The notes under the pieces: model-generated
Seen by the model: only the letters and a program-made list of their open reading frames with translations
Database searches by the model: none
Told to the model about the DNA's origin: nothing
Shown here: positions 24,201 to 36,849 of the stretch, piece by piece
How the letters are laid out: each line of letters begins with the position of its first letter
Position numbering within the stretch: the stretch's first letter is position 1
Assembly (NCBI GenBank): GCA_035221665.1
Contig: CM069133.1
Coordinates: forward strand, 138,074,001 to 138,138,000
Source of the DNA: Okamejei kenojei
Taxonomy: Eukaryota
Reading direction: 5' to 3'
DNA: 64,000 nucleotides
Made by a program: the position numbers and the translations under genes

Positions 24201-24815
24201 TCCTGATTACACCTCCTTCTGTGGGGTTAGCTTTGACAGTGTTCATCCTCATAATCTTTACACGTTAATTGTGCCAGTTTGATTGTCCTAGTCTCCAACT
24301 TCTGTAAATAATCCCTTTGCTCGCCACACCCCTTTCTTTGCAACATAAAAGCAGATTTGTTTTTTCACGTTTGCAGATCTGATCAAAGATCACTGACTTT
24401 TTTCTCTCTCACTGGATGCTGACTGGCCTACAGGACCTAATTTTTTTATTTTTTTTTACTTCAGATTTCCAGCATCTGCAGTCTTCTTGGTTTTCAGTCA
24501 TTTGAAGCAGTTAGCTGAAGGGCAAGAGAACAGGGTATTGGTGAAACATTGTTTCAATTGCATCAGAAGATCTGAGATTCCTTTATGCAGTTCTGCAGTT
24601 GTATAGGGCTCTGGTGAGACCACATCTGGAGTATTGTGTACAGTTTTGTGTCTCCTAATCTGAGGAATGACATCCTTGTGATTGAGGCAGTGCAGCGTAG
24701 GTTCACAAGATTGATCACTGGGATGGCGGGACTGTCATATGAGGAAAGATTGAAAAGACTAGGCTTGTATTCACTGGAGTTTAGAAGGATGAGGGGCAAT
24801 CTTATAGAAACATAT

Positions 24816-27800
24816 AAAATAGTAAGATTAAACGAGAACTTACCAAGTTTGAAGTTTGATCGTTATTTTATGAGTTACGATGAGGGATTACGTGAAGAAG
24901 CCCCGCCTGGCGCATGATCGGCATACTTCAAAGCAGCGGCATGAAAAACCCAGCACCAATAGCCGGAGTAAGATAGTAAGGCTCAACATAGACTAGAACT
25001 ACCAGATGATCATTTATTTTACGAGGGTCGGGAGTGGAGGGCACGTAATCCCTCATCGTAACTCCTCATAAAATAACGATCAAACTTTAAACTTGGTAAG
25101 TTCTCGTTTAATCTTACTATTTTACTTCGGAGTCACGTGAGTGACTACGTGAAGATTTTGTAGCTCTGTGTTTTTTATGTCGTAGATTCATTCCATACGA
25201 CACTCCGGCTCAGTCAACACAGTAGTGAGTAAATAATACATCTTTTAAACATTGCTTCAGTTTATGTAATAAGTCTTTTAATTATAAAAGAATGAAAGTA
25301 ATAACCCTTCTATCGTAGGGGAAGATTTATAACCAAAGATATAAATTGATAATATAAAACAAAGCAACAATCAAAGAGAACCCAACACTGCGTGTCCAAC
25401 CCTGACACTGTGAGAAACTGGTTTCTCGTAAACTTTGAAAAGTTTATTTTACATCATCCTACAACATCTAATTTTTGATCGAGTGGCCCGTCCTGTGCCT
25501 TTGCCGTGGATGTACCTACCTCCCTGGTGGAGTAACTTTTAACATCTCAATGTCTACTCCTGCTGAGTCCCAAAACCTGTTTTAACCATCTAGAATGTAA
25601 CTATCTAGAACCATCAGTTTGTACTTGTAATTTTATGTGTTTTTTTGTGTGTAATAAATAGCGCTGTCTCACCACCACGGAGACTCTTGCCTACTTCAAC
25701 ATATTGAGTCAATGCTTAACCACACATCATTTTTGGTCGACAGGATATGCATTAAAATTTACCTTGGTTCCAGCTCCTCCTGGTCTGCTTTGTTCGGTTA
25801 AGTCATAAACATATAAGACAATGTTATCTGTAGCCACATGCATACAGTCTAACGTAACATTTGCAATGTTTGTGCTGATACTAAAGCCATGAGCATTATT
25901 ACTTCAAATGTTAACTTATGAAACAGTGATAGAATTGGAGCCCATTGCCTAAGCAAAGTAAGAACTATGCTGACCTCCCAAACATCTGCATTTCTACTTT
26001 GGGCAGATTTTTGTATATATTCCTTTCCCATATCGGGATATTAACGGTTGACCCGATAGATTCATGGTCAGCAATTTGTCCTAAATAGGACGATAAAGCA
26101 CTATGAGCCCTATTAATGGCCCTATTGCTTAGGTGCTGATCAAAATGCAATACAGCAAGGAACTCCAATATATCTGATATGTTAGCAGTATGATAAAATA
26201 TCTTTGACTGTCTACCAAAGACTTCCAATTTCTTTATATAACCAAAATATTGTTTTTAATGCTATTTTTCCAAGCTGCAGTTATAACATTCATGGTCCTA
26301 TCCGACAGTCCAAGCTCTTGTAATGGTCTGGTCAGAACCCACAGATTAACAAATTCATATGATCATGCCATGGATGAATTTCTGCAACAAATTACTGCAG
26401 CTAGGAATCGTCATAAATGGTTCAATTATCATTCTAAACATCAATGTGAACCATGACTGTGTCCGATTTGGGCCACCAAACCGCCCGTGGCAGAGTCTTG
26501 CTATATTTTCATCAGATATTGCCTAATCAGACAGAATGGGGAACATAAAAGAACATATTTCCCCCTCAATGTAGTGAAAATGCATCCACCGCTACTGCTC
26601 CTGGGTTGGGTTCCCATGAGACGTATTTGGGCAATTGGTGATTTAATCTAGACGCAAACAGATCAATGTCAGGTAATCCATACCACTGACAATGTTTTTC
26701 AAACTTGTGAATTTAATATCCATTCTGTATTGTCTTTAAATTTTCGTGATCTGTTGTCTGCCACAATATTGTCTCTCCCTGAGATAGATAGCTGAAAGCC
26801 AAATATTCTTAAAGATACACCAATGCCACATCTGGTTAACCAGATAATCACATGATAATGATCTTACTCGACCCATGTGATTGATATATGCCACAACTGT
26901 GGTATTGTCTACTTGTAATTGGACATGCAAATCTTTCATAGTAGAACAATAAGCTTTAAATCCATAAAAGCTCCTAACAACTCCAAATAATTAATACCAA
27001 ATGTTTGGAGAAATAAGTTCTTGGACAATCCATCTGCCACCCCCTGGTGTTATTGTCCGTAGCCCCCTAGATAAGGGACGTATCAGATATTAACCTGATA
27101 AGAACAGATATTACACTTATCTTAGCCCAAAAACCGAGAAGCTATCCACCATCCGAGAATACTTGCTTCAGTTTGCAATGACTGCTGGCTGCTGAGCTAA
27201 TATGTTTTTAAGCAGCTTGTGGAACATTCTCAATCCGCCACTGTAATTCTGATAAAGCTTCCTTTGGCAATTGCGTAGGCCTGTCAAAATGGCCTGCACA
27301 CTCTTCTAGTGCATGTTTTTTTTTGCCCTTTGGAGCTTTTTTGGTAATGCAGTGGACCAACTCTACTGCAGAAATAGTGTTACTAATTTACCTAAGCTCC
27401 TTCTTGGATGGAGGGATAAGGCTTGTCAACAAGGCAACGACACACATTTGTAATATTGACACTTTGTCTCTTGGTAAATTTAACGAACATGGTACTGAAT
27501 CACTCACAAACCCCAAATAGTAAATTGTTGGGGATGGCTGAAGCTTAGATTTTGTTGGATGGATCAGGACCCTAGCCTTTCAACAGGTTTGTAGTTGCTG
27601 CACTAGTTTTTCAGCTGACTCCTGATCAGCATTGCAATTACAAATGTCATCAAGATAAACCATGACCATGTGTCCTTATCAGTGCGAGTGCTGGTTTCAA
27701 CTATTGTGTGAACAGCCTAGAAGCTGAGCTTAATCCATTAGATAATGCCTTAAATTTCCATAGCTGACCCATCTAATTAATTTTCAATTACCTGTGACAT

Positions 27801-29460
27801 GATGATAAATTGGTACTAAATCATACGCATCCTGCAAATCTATAGTAACCAATTAACAACCTGTTGATAACAACTGCCTTGCAGTGTTGAAGGTGTCCAT
27901 TTTGATACATTAATGTTTTTTCTGGACAAATGTATTAAAATGTGTTGATGTCAAGAATGACTCTACAACCACCATCTTTCTTCTGCCTGGGGAGATTATT
28001 TGATACAAATTATTGTGGATGCTTATTCTGTTTTTTCCCATTACACTTTCCCTAAATAAATTTCTTACCTCTTCTTTATTTGAGATTTTTCAGGTGCAGA
28101 AACATAAAATAGGATTAGGTTTATTCTGTACAGGTGGATCAACTCCTTCTACAAATTTTATTGTAGATCCTTACACAGTATCTAATATAAACCGATCAGC
28201 TGTTATGCAATATCATTTATCATAACACACCTGTAATCTACTACCAATCGGAGGTTCAACAAAAGCTTCCTCTGTGATAGAATAAAGTTTTTGTACCTCT
28301 CCAAATGCACACGATGGCCTTCTTTCCCCAACAATATGGGTTAACATAAGGCTGTGCTGGATGAAAATACTTCCTCACCATACTCCTGCCTCTGTTTGAT
28401 CCAATATCAAATCCCCTTCACATTGGACCAGCCAATTTTGCAAAAGTTTTATGAGGCTGATAGTCTTTGCCTCTTTATCAACGTCTTTGATTTGTTTTAG
28501 GCAGGTTTACTCCGTAAATAACCAGGAGTTTGAACATAGCTTGTTCTGTATTGACCTGCAAATCTAAAGTGCAAAATGGTCCGAATGGCAATTTCCTCTC
28601 ATACCATTGAGCTCAACATATGAGCTATAAAACAATGCCAACTTGTCTTTTATAAATTTTGGTCATTGCACAATCTTTCACTTGCTTCCCACAAGCAGTG
28701 ATGCCACCCGCAAACTTGAATTTCTTTTGAATCGTATTCCCTGTGCCTCCGCACTATTGAAGACATGGGTGCCCTAATCGGATTCACCATTGGCACCCTA
28801 GTAAAGCACAAGTGTTTTCATATAAATCTGCTGTTTCAACCATAACAGCCTCCTGAAGCTGGTGAGAAACCAATTAATGTTGGCCACCATGGTTACCTTC
28901 CATGGCCTCACCGCTTCCTTCAGGTATCGTACTTTGTACCCTTGGTTGAAAAATAATCTGGAGTATTCCACCATTTAATTCATTCTGAGCCATAAGGCTT
29001 TCTTGTCTGGAGGCCTTTCCTTATTAGAATCATCTAAAACCCCGGCTTCTCAGACTTCTTTATTTTCCTCCCCACTGGAGATTCTTCCCGTGGCTTTTGG
29101 TTTGTGGAGCGACTAAATGCTCCCTACGGTTAATTTCAACGGACACCGGTATCGGAACCGGTTCCGCACTAATCTGCCGTCCCGATCGCTGAGTTTCTAC
29201 CCGGGACGCATTTTAACCTCCGTTTTTCCTCCGGAGTTTTTTCCCTTTTACTTTCAACTCCTGCTGGCTCTGCATGCCAGCACCACGGAGTTTGAAACAC
29301 GCCCTGTAAGTAATTTAATCCACTTACCTGTGGGCCTGTTCCTTACCGCTGGTGGAGCTGCGCTCTGCAGCTCTTTGCCTACCGACAGCGTCGATGTAAT
29401 GCCGATCATGCGCCAGGCGGGACTTCTTCACGTAGTCACTCACGTGACTCCGAAGTAAAA
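24816..29460 (-). mobile_element. DIRS1-type tyrosine-recombinase retrotransposon, copy 1 (degraded ORFs, intact ends)
   Basis: 36-bp ITRs at 24889-24924 and 29399-29434 (1 mismatch); ICR 25042-25155; colinear with 57497-61998; DNTTVVAYINHMG RNase H motif in ORF 26736-26939. Confidence 0.93.
27067..27145 (-). pseudogene. RNU2: 3'-truncated U2 snRNA copy (nt 1 to ~78) inside DIRS copy 1
   Basis: Minus strand ATAGCTTCTCGGTTTTTGGGCTAAGATAAGTGTAATATCTGTTCTTATCAGGTTAATATCTGATACGTCCCTTATC versus vertebrate U2 ATCGCTTCTCGGCCTTTTGGCTAAGATCAAGTGTAGTATCTGTTCTTATCAGTTTAATATCTGATACGTCCTCTATC; absent from copy 2. Confidence 0.93.
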
Positions 29461-29844
29461 TTAAAAATGGACTGGACAAGCTAGATGTAGGAAAAATATT
29501 CCCAATGTTGGGTGAGTCCAGAACCAGGGGCCACAGTCTGAAAATAAAGGGGAAGCCGTTTAAGACTGAGGTGAGAAAAAACAGAGAGTTGTGAAATTGT
29601 GGAATTCCCTGCCACAGAGGGCAGTGGAGGCCAAGTCACTGGATGGATTTAAGAGAGAGTTAGAAGGAGATCTAGGGGCTAGTGGAATCAAGGGATATGG
29701 GGAGGCAGGCACGGGTTATTGGTAGGAGGCGATCAGCCATGATCACAATAAATGGCGGTGCTGGCTCGAAGGGCCGAATGGCCTCCTCCTGCACCTATTG
29801 TCTATGTTTCTATGTTTATCATTTAACAGCTCTATAAGTTAGAC

Positions 29845-30365
29845 ACAGGAACTGCAGATGCTGGTTCACAAAATAAAAGAAGCAAAGACCTCGAGTAACT
29901 CAGCCGGTTTAGTTTATTGTCACGTATACCAAGGTAAAGTGAAACGTTTTGTTTGTTGTGTGCTATCCAGTCAGCGGAAAGACTATACATGATCACAATC
30001 AGACCGTCCACAGTTCACAGATACAAGATAACGTTTATTGCAAGAAAAAATACAGTAAAGTCCAATTAAAGATATTCCGAGGGTCTCCAATAAGGTATAG
30101 TAGATCAGAACCACACTCTAGATGGGTACAGGCAGCATCTCTGGAGAACTTGGATAGTTGACATCTCCAGTCGGGATCCTTCTTCAGACAGATAGTAGTA
30201 GGGGGGAGAAAGCTGCAAGAGAGATGGTCTCACCCCCACATCTCTTCCAGCATTTAAACCTCCCCCCCCCACCCCTACAATCAGTCCGAAGGAGGGTCCC
30301 AACCCAAAACGTCACCAATCGATGCTCCCCAGAGTCTGTTACATCAGCATTTTGTGTTGTTTTAC
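29845..30365. mobile_element. PLE fold-back element with spacer, interrupted by a minus-strand Rex-type 3' tail (~29907-30120)
   Basis: Inverted PLE termini with degenerate hammerhead-like motifs at ~30160-30187 (-) and ~30286-30313 (+); TTTATTGTCAC tail insert. Confidence 0.6.
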
Positions 30366-31064
30366 GTTGCCAAGATAAACAGTTTCATTGAGGAGGATAT
30401 AATTATCAGCATTTGTGAAATTGGTCAATGGTCCATTACAAATGGCTTCAATTGACTCGTGTGAGTCTGGTCCCATGTCACCAAAATCTAGTGAAACTAT
30501 ACAGATGGGTCACAAAGTTCATAATTTACAGTTCAAATATAATGACGATGTGATTTCTTATGAGTGCTGGGGACAATTAAGGAAATGTAAGAAACCCCAT
30601 TGGAAAACCCTATTTTTTTTTCCCAATTGACAAGAATATTTTCCTTCACTAGACATGCTGCTAATATGTGCTCTTGAGATCGTATAAGCACCTTATGCAG
30701 GACGCTGTCATGTAAAAATCCATTGAATCAGTTCTGATGACAGTCATTCATCAGGATAGTTGACTAGTGATCATCAATATTCTCGGCAGTCATAGTTAAT
30801 GATTTCAGCAGAGATGGGGAAAAAAAATGGTATGACCTTCGGGGAACAATGCGCCACCAATTCTGCCCTTCCAGCATTTGGATCTCCCTTGATAATTCAG
30901 CGGTGCTGAGCAGTAAAAGTAATGGAATAAATGCAGAAACTTCCTCAGCGTATTCATCAGACCAGGAATCATCCGCACTAAGATCTCTATGATCATTCGT
31001 TGCCTTCGAATATTGAACATATCAACAGATCCTGCTCTAGCTCACAGTGCCTTTTGAGCCTTTA

Positions 31065-31405
31065 ATAAGTTATCGGGGAAGAATTAGGCCATTCGGCCCA
31101 TCAAGTCTAATCCGCCATTCAATCATGGCTGATCTTTCTTTTCCTCTCGACCCCATTCTCCTGCCTGCTCCCCATCACCCCTAACACCCGCACTAATCAG
31201 GAAACTGTCAACCTCTGCCTTAAAAATACCCAAGAACTCAACCTCCTCAGCTGTCTGTGGCAATGAATTCCACAGATTCGCCACCCTCTGATGAAAAAAA
31301 TTCCATCTCATTTCCTTTCTAAAGGCATGTAATTTTATTCTGAGGCTGTGGCCTCTGGTTCTAAACTCTCCCACCAGTGGAAACATCCTCTCCACAGCCA
31401 ATCTA
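31065..31405 (-). mobile_element. CR1 3' end
   Basis: ORF 31123-31401, RTRGHSLRI..RVANLWNSLP. Confidence 0.85.
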
Positions 31406-32585
31406 GTAAATTACAAACCAGCAACTTGCTTTTAAATCTAGGGCCCATTCTTGACTTGGTAGTCAACTTATTTTTGCTTCCTATCTTATTTTATTATTAA
31501 TATGAGTCAATGTGAACTTTTTTTTAAACAAAGGGTGCACTTTCTAGGTTTTACAGTTGGTCATGTGGGATGCGACTAATATTTAATCAAATAGAGTAAA
31601 ATCGAATTCCATCCGATGTCTTTCGCTCTGGTGGTTGCCATTATTTTTTAATATAATGAGGAAGGGGATGTAATTGACATGATATTCCCAAATGGATTGA
31701 ATAGTTTCCATATGCCTGGGTGGCTTACCACAGAATGAACAATCGAAGGAAGATGGATCACATTCAATTTGTAAGCTTGCACATAATAATAAAAACCCCG
31801 AATTATTTGCATTAAAATTCTTTGCTACCACCATATCAATTCTGATCCTAATTAATTCAGCTGTAGCATTACTGATAAGGGAATGCCAACAACACATGGC
31901 ACTTTGGTTTATAAAACATAGTGGTGTGCTTTCATAAAGATAGGCTTTCAATTGTTCCTTGTGTTTTCCTCATCTGAGCTTCATTACAGATTTTTTCCCA
32001 CAGTGGGAAAAGTCTGTGTATGTGAGTCGAATCTACTGACAAGATCTATAACACATTGTCAATGTATTTGTAAATAGTTTAAGGTGATCCAATTAAAAAT
32101 AAAGAGCTAATGCCCAAGAAGGCTGCAGCTATAGCAACAATGCTCAGGTTACTCATTTTCTCATTTGGTATTTTATGCTTCACAATGCTGCAGCTTTGAA
32201 CAGAGACTTATGCAAAAGGGGTTTAGGGAATTAAGATAAGAAGAAGACCAATAGCACTGTTCAAAACTGCACCAGAGAGCATGCACTGATAAGTGTTCAT
32301 CGTGTATTAAAACAATTAGCAGCATGAACTGGTAATATATTCTGAGATTATTAACCATGCTTTTGCATAGATCCTTCTAATCCTCATTATAATGGAGCCA
32401 CGCAGCCGGAAACAAATTTGTGTTATACAGTATTTCTAATTGATTATATGGAAAGTAATGATTTTGCAAGAATTGCTGAACTTTAGACATTGGATTGATG
32501 TACATTGGATTTGTCATTCTGGATTTTGCAGCTGTTAATATATTTGTTTAGTTACAGCGTCTACCATACATTTACTTAAAGTGAG

Positions 32586-32778
32586 AAAGACACAAAGTGC
32601 TGGGGTAACTCAGTGGGTCAGGCAGCATCCCTGGAGAACATGAATAGGCAACATTTCTGTTCAGACCAAAACGTCGCCTAGTCATATTTTCCAGCGATGC
32701 TGCCTGACCCACTGAGTTACTCCAGCATTTTGTGTCTTTGTTTTATAAACCAACCATCTGCAGTTCCTTGTTTCTACA
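32586..32778. mobile_element. PLE-derived fold-back mini-element
   Basis: AAAGACACAAAGTGCTGGGGTAACTCAGTGGGTCAGGCAGCATC ... GATGCTGCCTGACCCACTGAGTTACTCCAGCATTTTGTGTCTTT. Confidence 0.85.
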
Positions 32779-33142
32779 TGTTGACTAAAGGCAGTTAGTG
32801 ATGCCACCTCGTACACCTTCAAGCAAATGGTGGGCATGAAGTGACTTCAAAGTGTAATTCGGATTTACATTCTTATCCAGATCAACCTCCACTTTTCTTT
32901 GTCATGGCAATTTACTCCTTCCAGATTGGATTGATTTCTGCAAGTGCATGATAAATGTTGCTTGGTTAGGACCCATGCAAAGTCTGAACTGTTTCTAGCT
33001 CAGGTAGCCAGGGTGGGAGAGAGAGGAACTCTCATCCGATCCCAATCAACCTCAAGTCCACATCTGCACCATCAGAAAGGATCCTGAATATTGATCCAGA
33101 GAAAGGAGACTGGACTGTTCTTTCTATAACCTTTTCCCCCAG

Positions 33143-33151
33143 CTTACCCAG
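33143..33151 (+). other. Candidate 9-nt microexon
   Basis: TTCTTTCTATAACCTTTTCCCCCAG|CTTACCCAG|GTAAGT: branch-like TATAAC, pyrimidine tract, perfect donor, frame-preserving length. Confidence 0.35.
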
Positions 33152-33959
33152 GTAAGTCGTACCCTTATCATTTCCACGGATGTCATTGTTAGTGTGCAAG
33201 CTTCTTGGATAAGCATAGTCTGATGGAAGACTGTAAGGATTAAAGCAGCTGATTTGCAACCAAATAAAATTGGTTTGAGTTGGTAACAGCTAATCTGATT
33301 CTTCATTTTTCCTGTTGATGGGTTAGATCATAATACCTTCATAGTCTGTATTGCCTTATATAGATCCACTTTTTCTTCCATATGGGTTTCATTATTATTA
33401 TTGTATGGTTTTGATAGAATGTCACGTTTTGCATTGCAAGAAACACGATATATCAAAATGTGATTTTTGCATAATGTGAATTTTTCGTTGGAGGCAGGAA
33501 GGAAGCCTGAGGAAATCGTTCTAAAAATGGTACTTTAAATAATAGCTTGATAATTATACCTAATGATATTCTTGGCATTTAGCGTAAATATTAAATAGAC
33601 GCAGTGTGAAGCCAACTTTGGATTGATAGAAACTTTACTTGGTGTGATCATGATTCTGGTAATCTGCTTATTTTCCTGTTTAAACCATGAGGCTAAATAT
33701 ATGCATGTTCAGCTGTATAATGCTGTGTAGCTGTTTAGACACTTGGTGCATTTACTCTTGCTATCTTTAGAATTAGGATTTCACTCCTTACTAGAAATTG
33801 AAGGGAAAATATTGCAAACACATCTTGCTGGACCGATTAATCTTTGAATGCTTTGTCTTTGCTAAAGTACCATTTCAACTGAATATTTCAGGTATTGGTT
33901 ATGGAACAGATAATGGGCACTGACCATTTCATTTAACAGCTATACAAAAATGATAGTGA

Positions 33960-35118
33960 ACATTATGATCTGGATGAGGGAATTGAATGCAACATCTCCA
34001 AGTTTGCGGATGACATGAAGCTGGGGGGCAGTGTTAGCTGTGAGGAGGATGCAAGGAGGCTGCAGGGTGACTTGGATAGGCTGGGTGAGTGGGCAAATGC
34101 ATGGCAGATGCAGTATTATGTGGATAAATATGAGGTATCCACTTTGGGGGCAAAAACAGGAAAGTAGACTATTATCTGAATGGTGGCCAATTAGGAAAGG
34201 GGAGATGCAATGAGACCTGGGTGTCATGGTGCACCAGTCATTGAAAGTAAGCATGCAGGTGCAGCAGGCTGTGAGGAAAGCGAATAGTATATTAGCATTC
34301 ATAGCAAAAGGATTTGCGTATAGGAGCGGGGAGGTTCTACTGTGGTTGTACAGGGTCTTGGTGAGACCACACCTGGAGTATTGCGTACAGTTTTGGTCTC
34401 CAAATCTGAGGAAAGACATTCTTGCGATAGAGGGAGTACAGAGAAGGTTCGCCAGACTGATTCCTGGGATGGCAGGACTTTCATATGAAGAAAGACTGCA
34501 TAGACTCAGCTTGTACTCGCTAGAATTTAGAAGATTGAGGGGGGATCTTATAGAAACTTACAAAGTTCTTAAGGGGTTGCACAGGCTAGATGCAGGAAGA
34601 TTGTTCCCGCAGCAACTCTACTGCTGTGCCACCGTTGCCACCCTGAGATGTTGTCTGAGAAGATATGAAGAAAGACTGGATAGACTTGGCTTGTACTCGC
34701 TGGAATTTAGAAGATTGAGGGGGGATCTCGTAGAGACTTACAAAATTCTTAAGGGGTTGGACAGGCTAGATGCAGGAAGCTAGGTCCCGATGTTGGGGGA
34801 GTCCAGGACAAGGGGTCACAGTTTAAGGATAAGGGGGAAGTCTTTTAGGACCGAGATGAGAAAAACATTTTCCACACAGAGAGTGGTGAATCTGTGGAAT
34901 TCTCTGCCACAGAAGGTAGTTGAGGCCAGTTCGTTGGCCATATTTAAGAGGGAGTTAGATGTGGCCCTTGTGGCTGAAGGGATCAGGGGGTATGGAGAGA
35001 AGGCAGGTACAGGATACTGAGTTTGATGATCAGCCATGATCATATTAAATGGCAGTGCAGGCTCGAAGGGCCGAATGGCCTACTCCTGCACCTATTTTCT
35101 ATGTTTCTATGTTTCTAT
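33960..35118 (+). mobile_element. CR1 3' region (RT FADD to tail) with an internal duplication and SINE fragment
   Basis: SKFADD, RPHLEYCVQFWSP, YEERL; 34483-34608 repeated at 34663-34788; (TTCTATGT)n tail. Confidence 0.9.
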
Positions 35119-35749
35119 GGTACTTTGTTGGTCACATCTACCGTGGTACAGTGAAATTCATTGCAGTATACAATTCAGTACAAGTATCGCTATACAAAAG
35201 CACTTAGATACATATTAGATTAGCATCTCAGATACAGTGCAAACCTATAGCAGTAGTACACGGAGCCAGTATTCAGAGTCACTAGTTTGGCGCCATTTTG
35301 AAGTCCCAGTTGTTGTAAGTAAAGGGATTGCCAGCAGAAGCAGTTGAAATGGCTCAAGTAGAAACATCTTGGGGAGATTTGAAAGGTAATTGCTTCATGA
35401 TACAGCTCTGAAATACCAACCATCTGTATTTTCTCTACACTGCAGCCTCTTAACATTCTGTGCAATTTCAACATTTTCTGTGGCTAGTTTTGATATATGA
35501 GGTCTAGGCAACATGGGACACTTTGAAAAACAAAGATCTGTTAAATGAATTTACAGCAGAATTTGAAATGTTTCACTTCCAGTCACTTCGGTCATTAGGC
35601 TGGTTTGACTCTCTACAATAGTGGGCTGAACCTTGGTCGAAGTGATGAATGACCATCACCAAGAGCTTACTGTGTTTCTATTTGCTCAGGCTTTCAAAAG
35701 GTTTATCTGCAGCTGGATTCTGTCAGCCAATATCTCAACATCTTGCTCT

Positions 35750-36550
35750 ACTCCCTGTAGACCCATGACTGTGTGGTCTCGTACAATGCCAACTCGATCT
35801 TCAAATTTGTCAACCATAACACTGTTGTCGGCCAATACCCACTGTTGATGATGTGACAAAGTAGTTTGAGAATCAAGCGTCATGGTGTTAGGTACTATTG
35901 TTAAGATGAACACTTCATCTCGGTAAGGTGAAAGAATTGATTATTGACCAAAGAAAGTGAGGCGGTGAATATAACCTGTCCTCATGAATGGAGCTGGTGT
36001 AGAGATGGTCGGCAGCATCAGGTTCCTAGCATGCATATCCCCAGAAACATCACCTGGGTCCCTTCACATTCATGCTGTGATCAAGAAATGGCATATTTAC
36101 TATCTTGGGCATCAGGGAAGTTTTGGCAGATCCACGAGGTTTCGACAGATACACTATAGAATGTATCTGGCTGGAATGTATCTCAGCCTGGTAAGGCAAC
36201 TTCTCTTCTTTTGACTGCCTGAACCCTCAAGAGAATGGTGAGCACAACCTAGTCCATCACAATCCTTCCATCCAGTCCATCATCATGGTGTGTTGCATCA
36301 GGAAGGATGGAAATATTGTCAAGGTTGCCTGTCTGTCTGGTTCCTTTCATATCTCAATTCTACCCTCGGGTAGAAGATACAGAAACTTGCAGTTTTGTCT
36401 TTTGGAATTGGTGTGCTACAAGCTATATTTTGTGCTCAGTGTCTTTCCCTTCGCACTACGTATTGTACTGAGTTTAATGCGATTGATACACCTTGATAGG
36501 ATTGGATAGCATGCAGAACAAAGCTTTTCGTTGCACCCGGTGCACATGCT
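35750..36550 (+). mobile_element. Degraded Rex1-type fragment and Rex-type 3' tail
   Basis: THDCV-like, FKF...TVVG, ILPSGRRYRNL remnants. Confidence 0.6.
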
Positions 36551-36849
36551 CTAGGATCTGTGACGTCGGAGAGCAGAGCAGAAATGTATATCTTCCCCGA
36601 CGATTCAACTTAAAGAAGGAGCATTGTAATGTCTTCACCAGGAAGTAGCAGAAAACAGAATTCAATGTCAAATTGGGTACAGGATGAAGGAAAGAAAGAA
36701 CGGACAGATTAAACACTTAATGGATAATATTCCTACTTAATTATTTGACTGATGATGAAATGTGCTAGATGTGCTTGCAGGCAGATGGGACAGCAGGGCA
36801 ATTTGGGCAGAAGGGCCTGTTTCTGTGCTGTTTGACTCTATTGCATATT

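Larger units (their letters stand above)
24590..29817 (+). mobile_element. CR1 3' fragment (24590-24820 and 29456-29817) split by the DIRS insertion
   Basis: VQRRFTRLI..YEERLKRLGLYSLEFRR..NLIETYKI continues after 29461 as ..GLDKLD..RTRGHSL..; TTCTATG tail. Confidence 0.9.

Noticed and set aside
27067-27145. Functional U2 gene, or a U2-targeting element (Utopia/Keno type)
   Set aside because: Truncated before the Sm site, mutated, with no snRNA promoter; the U2 piece is inside DIRS rather than being the target.
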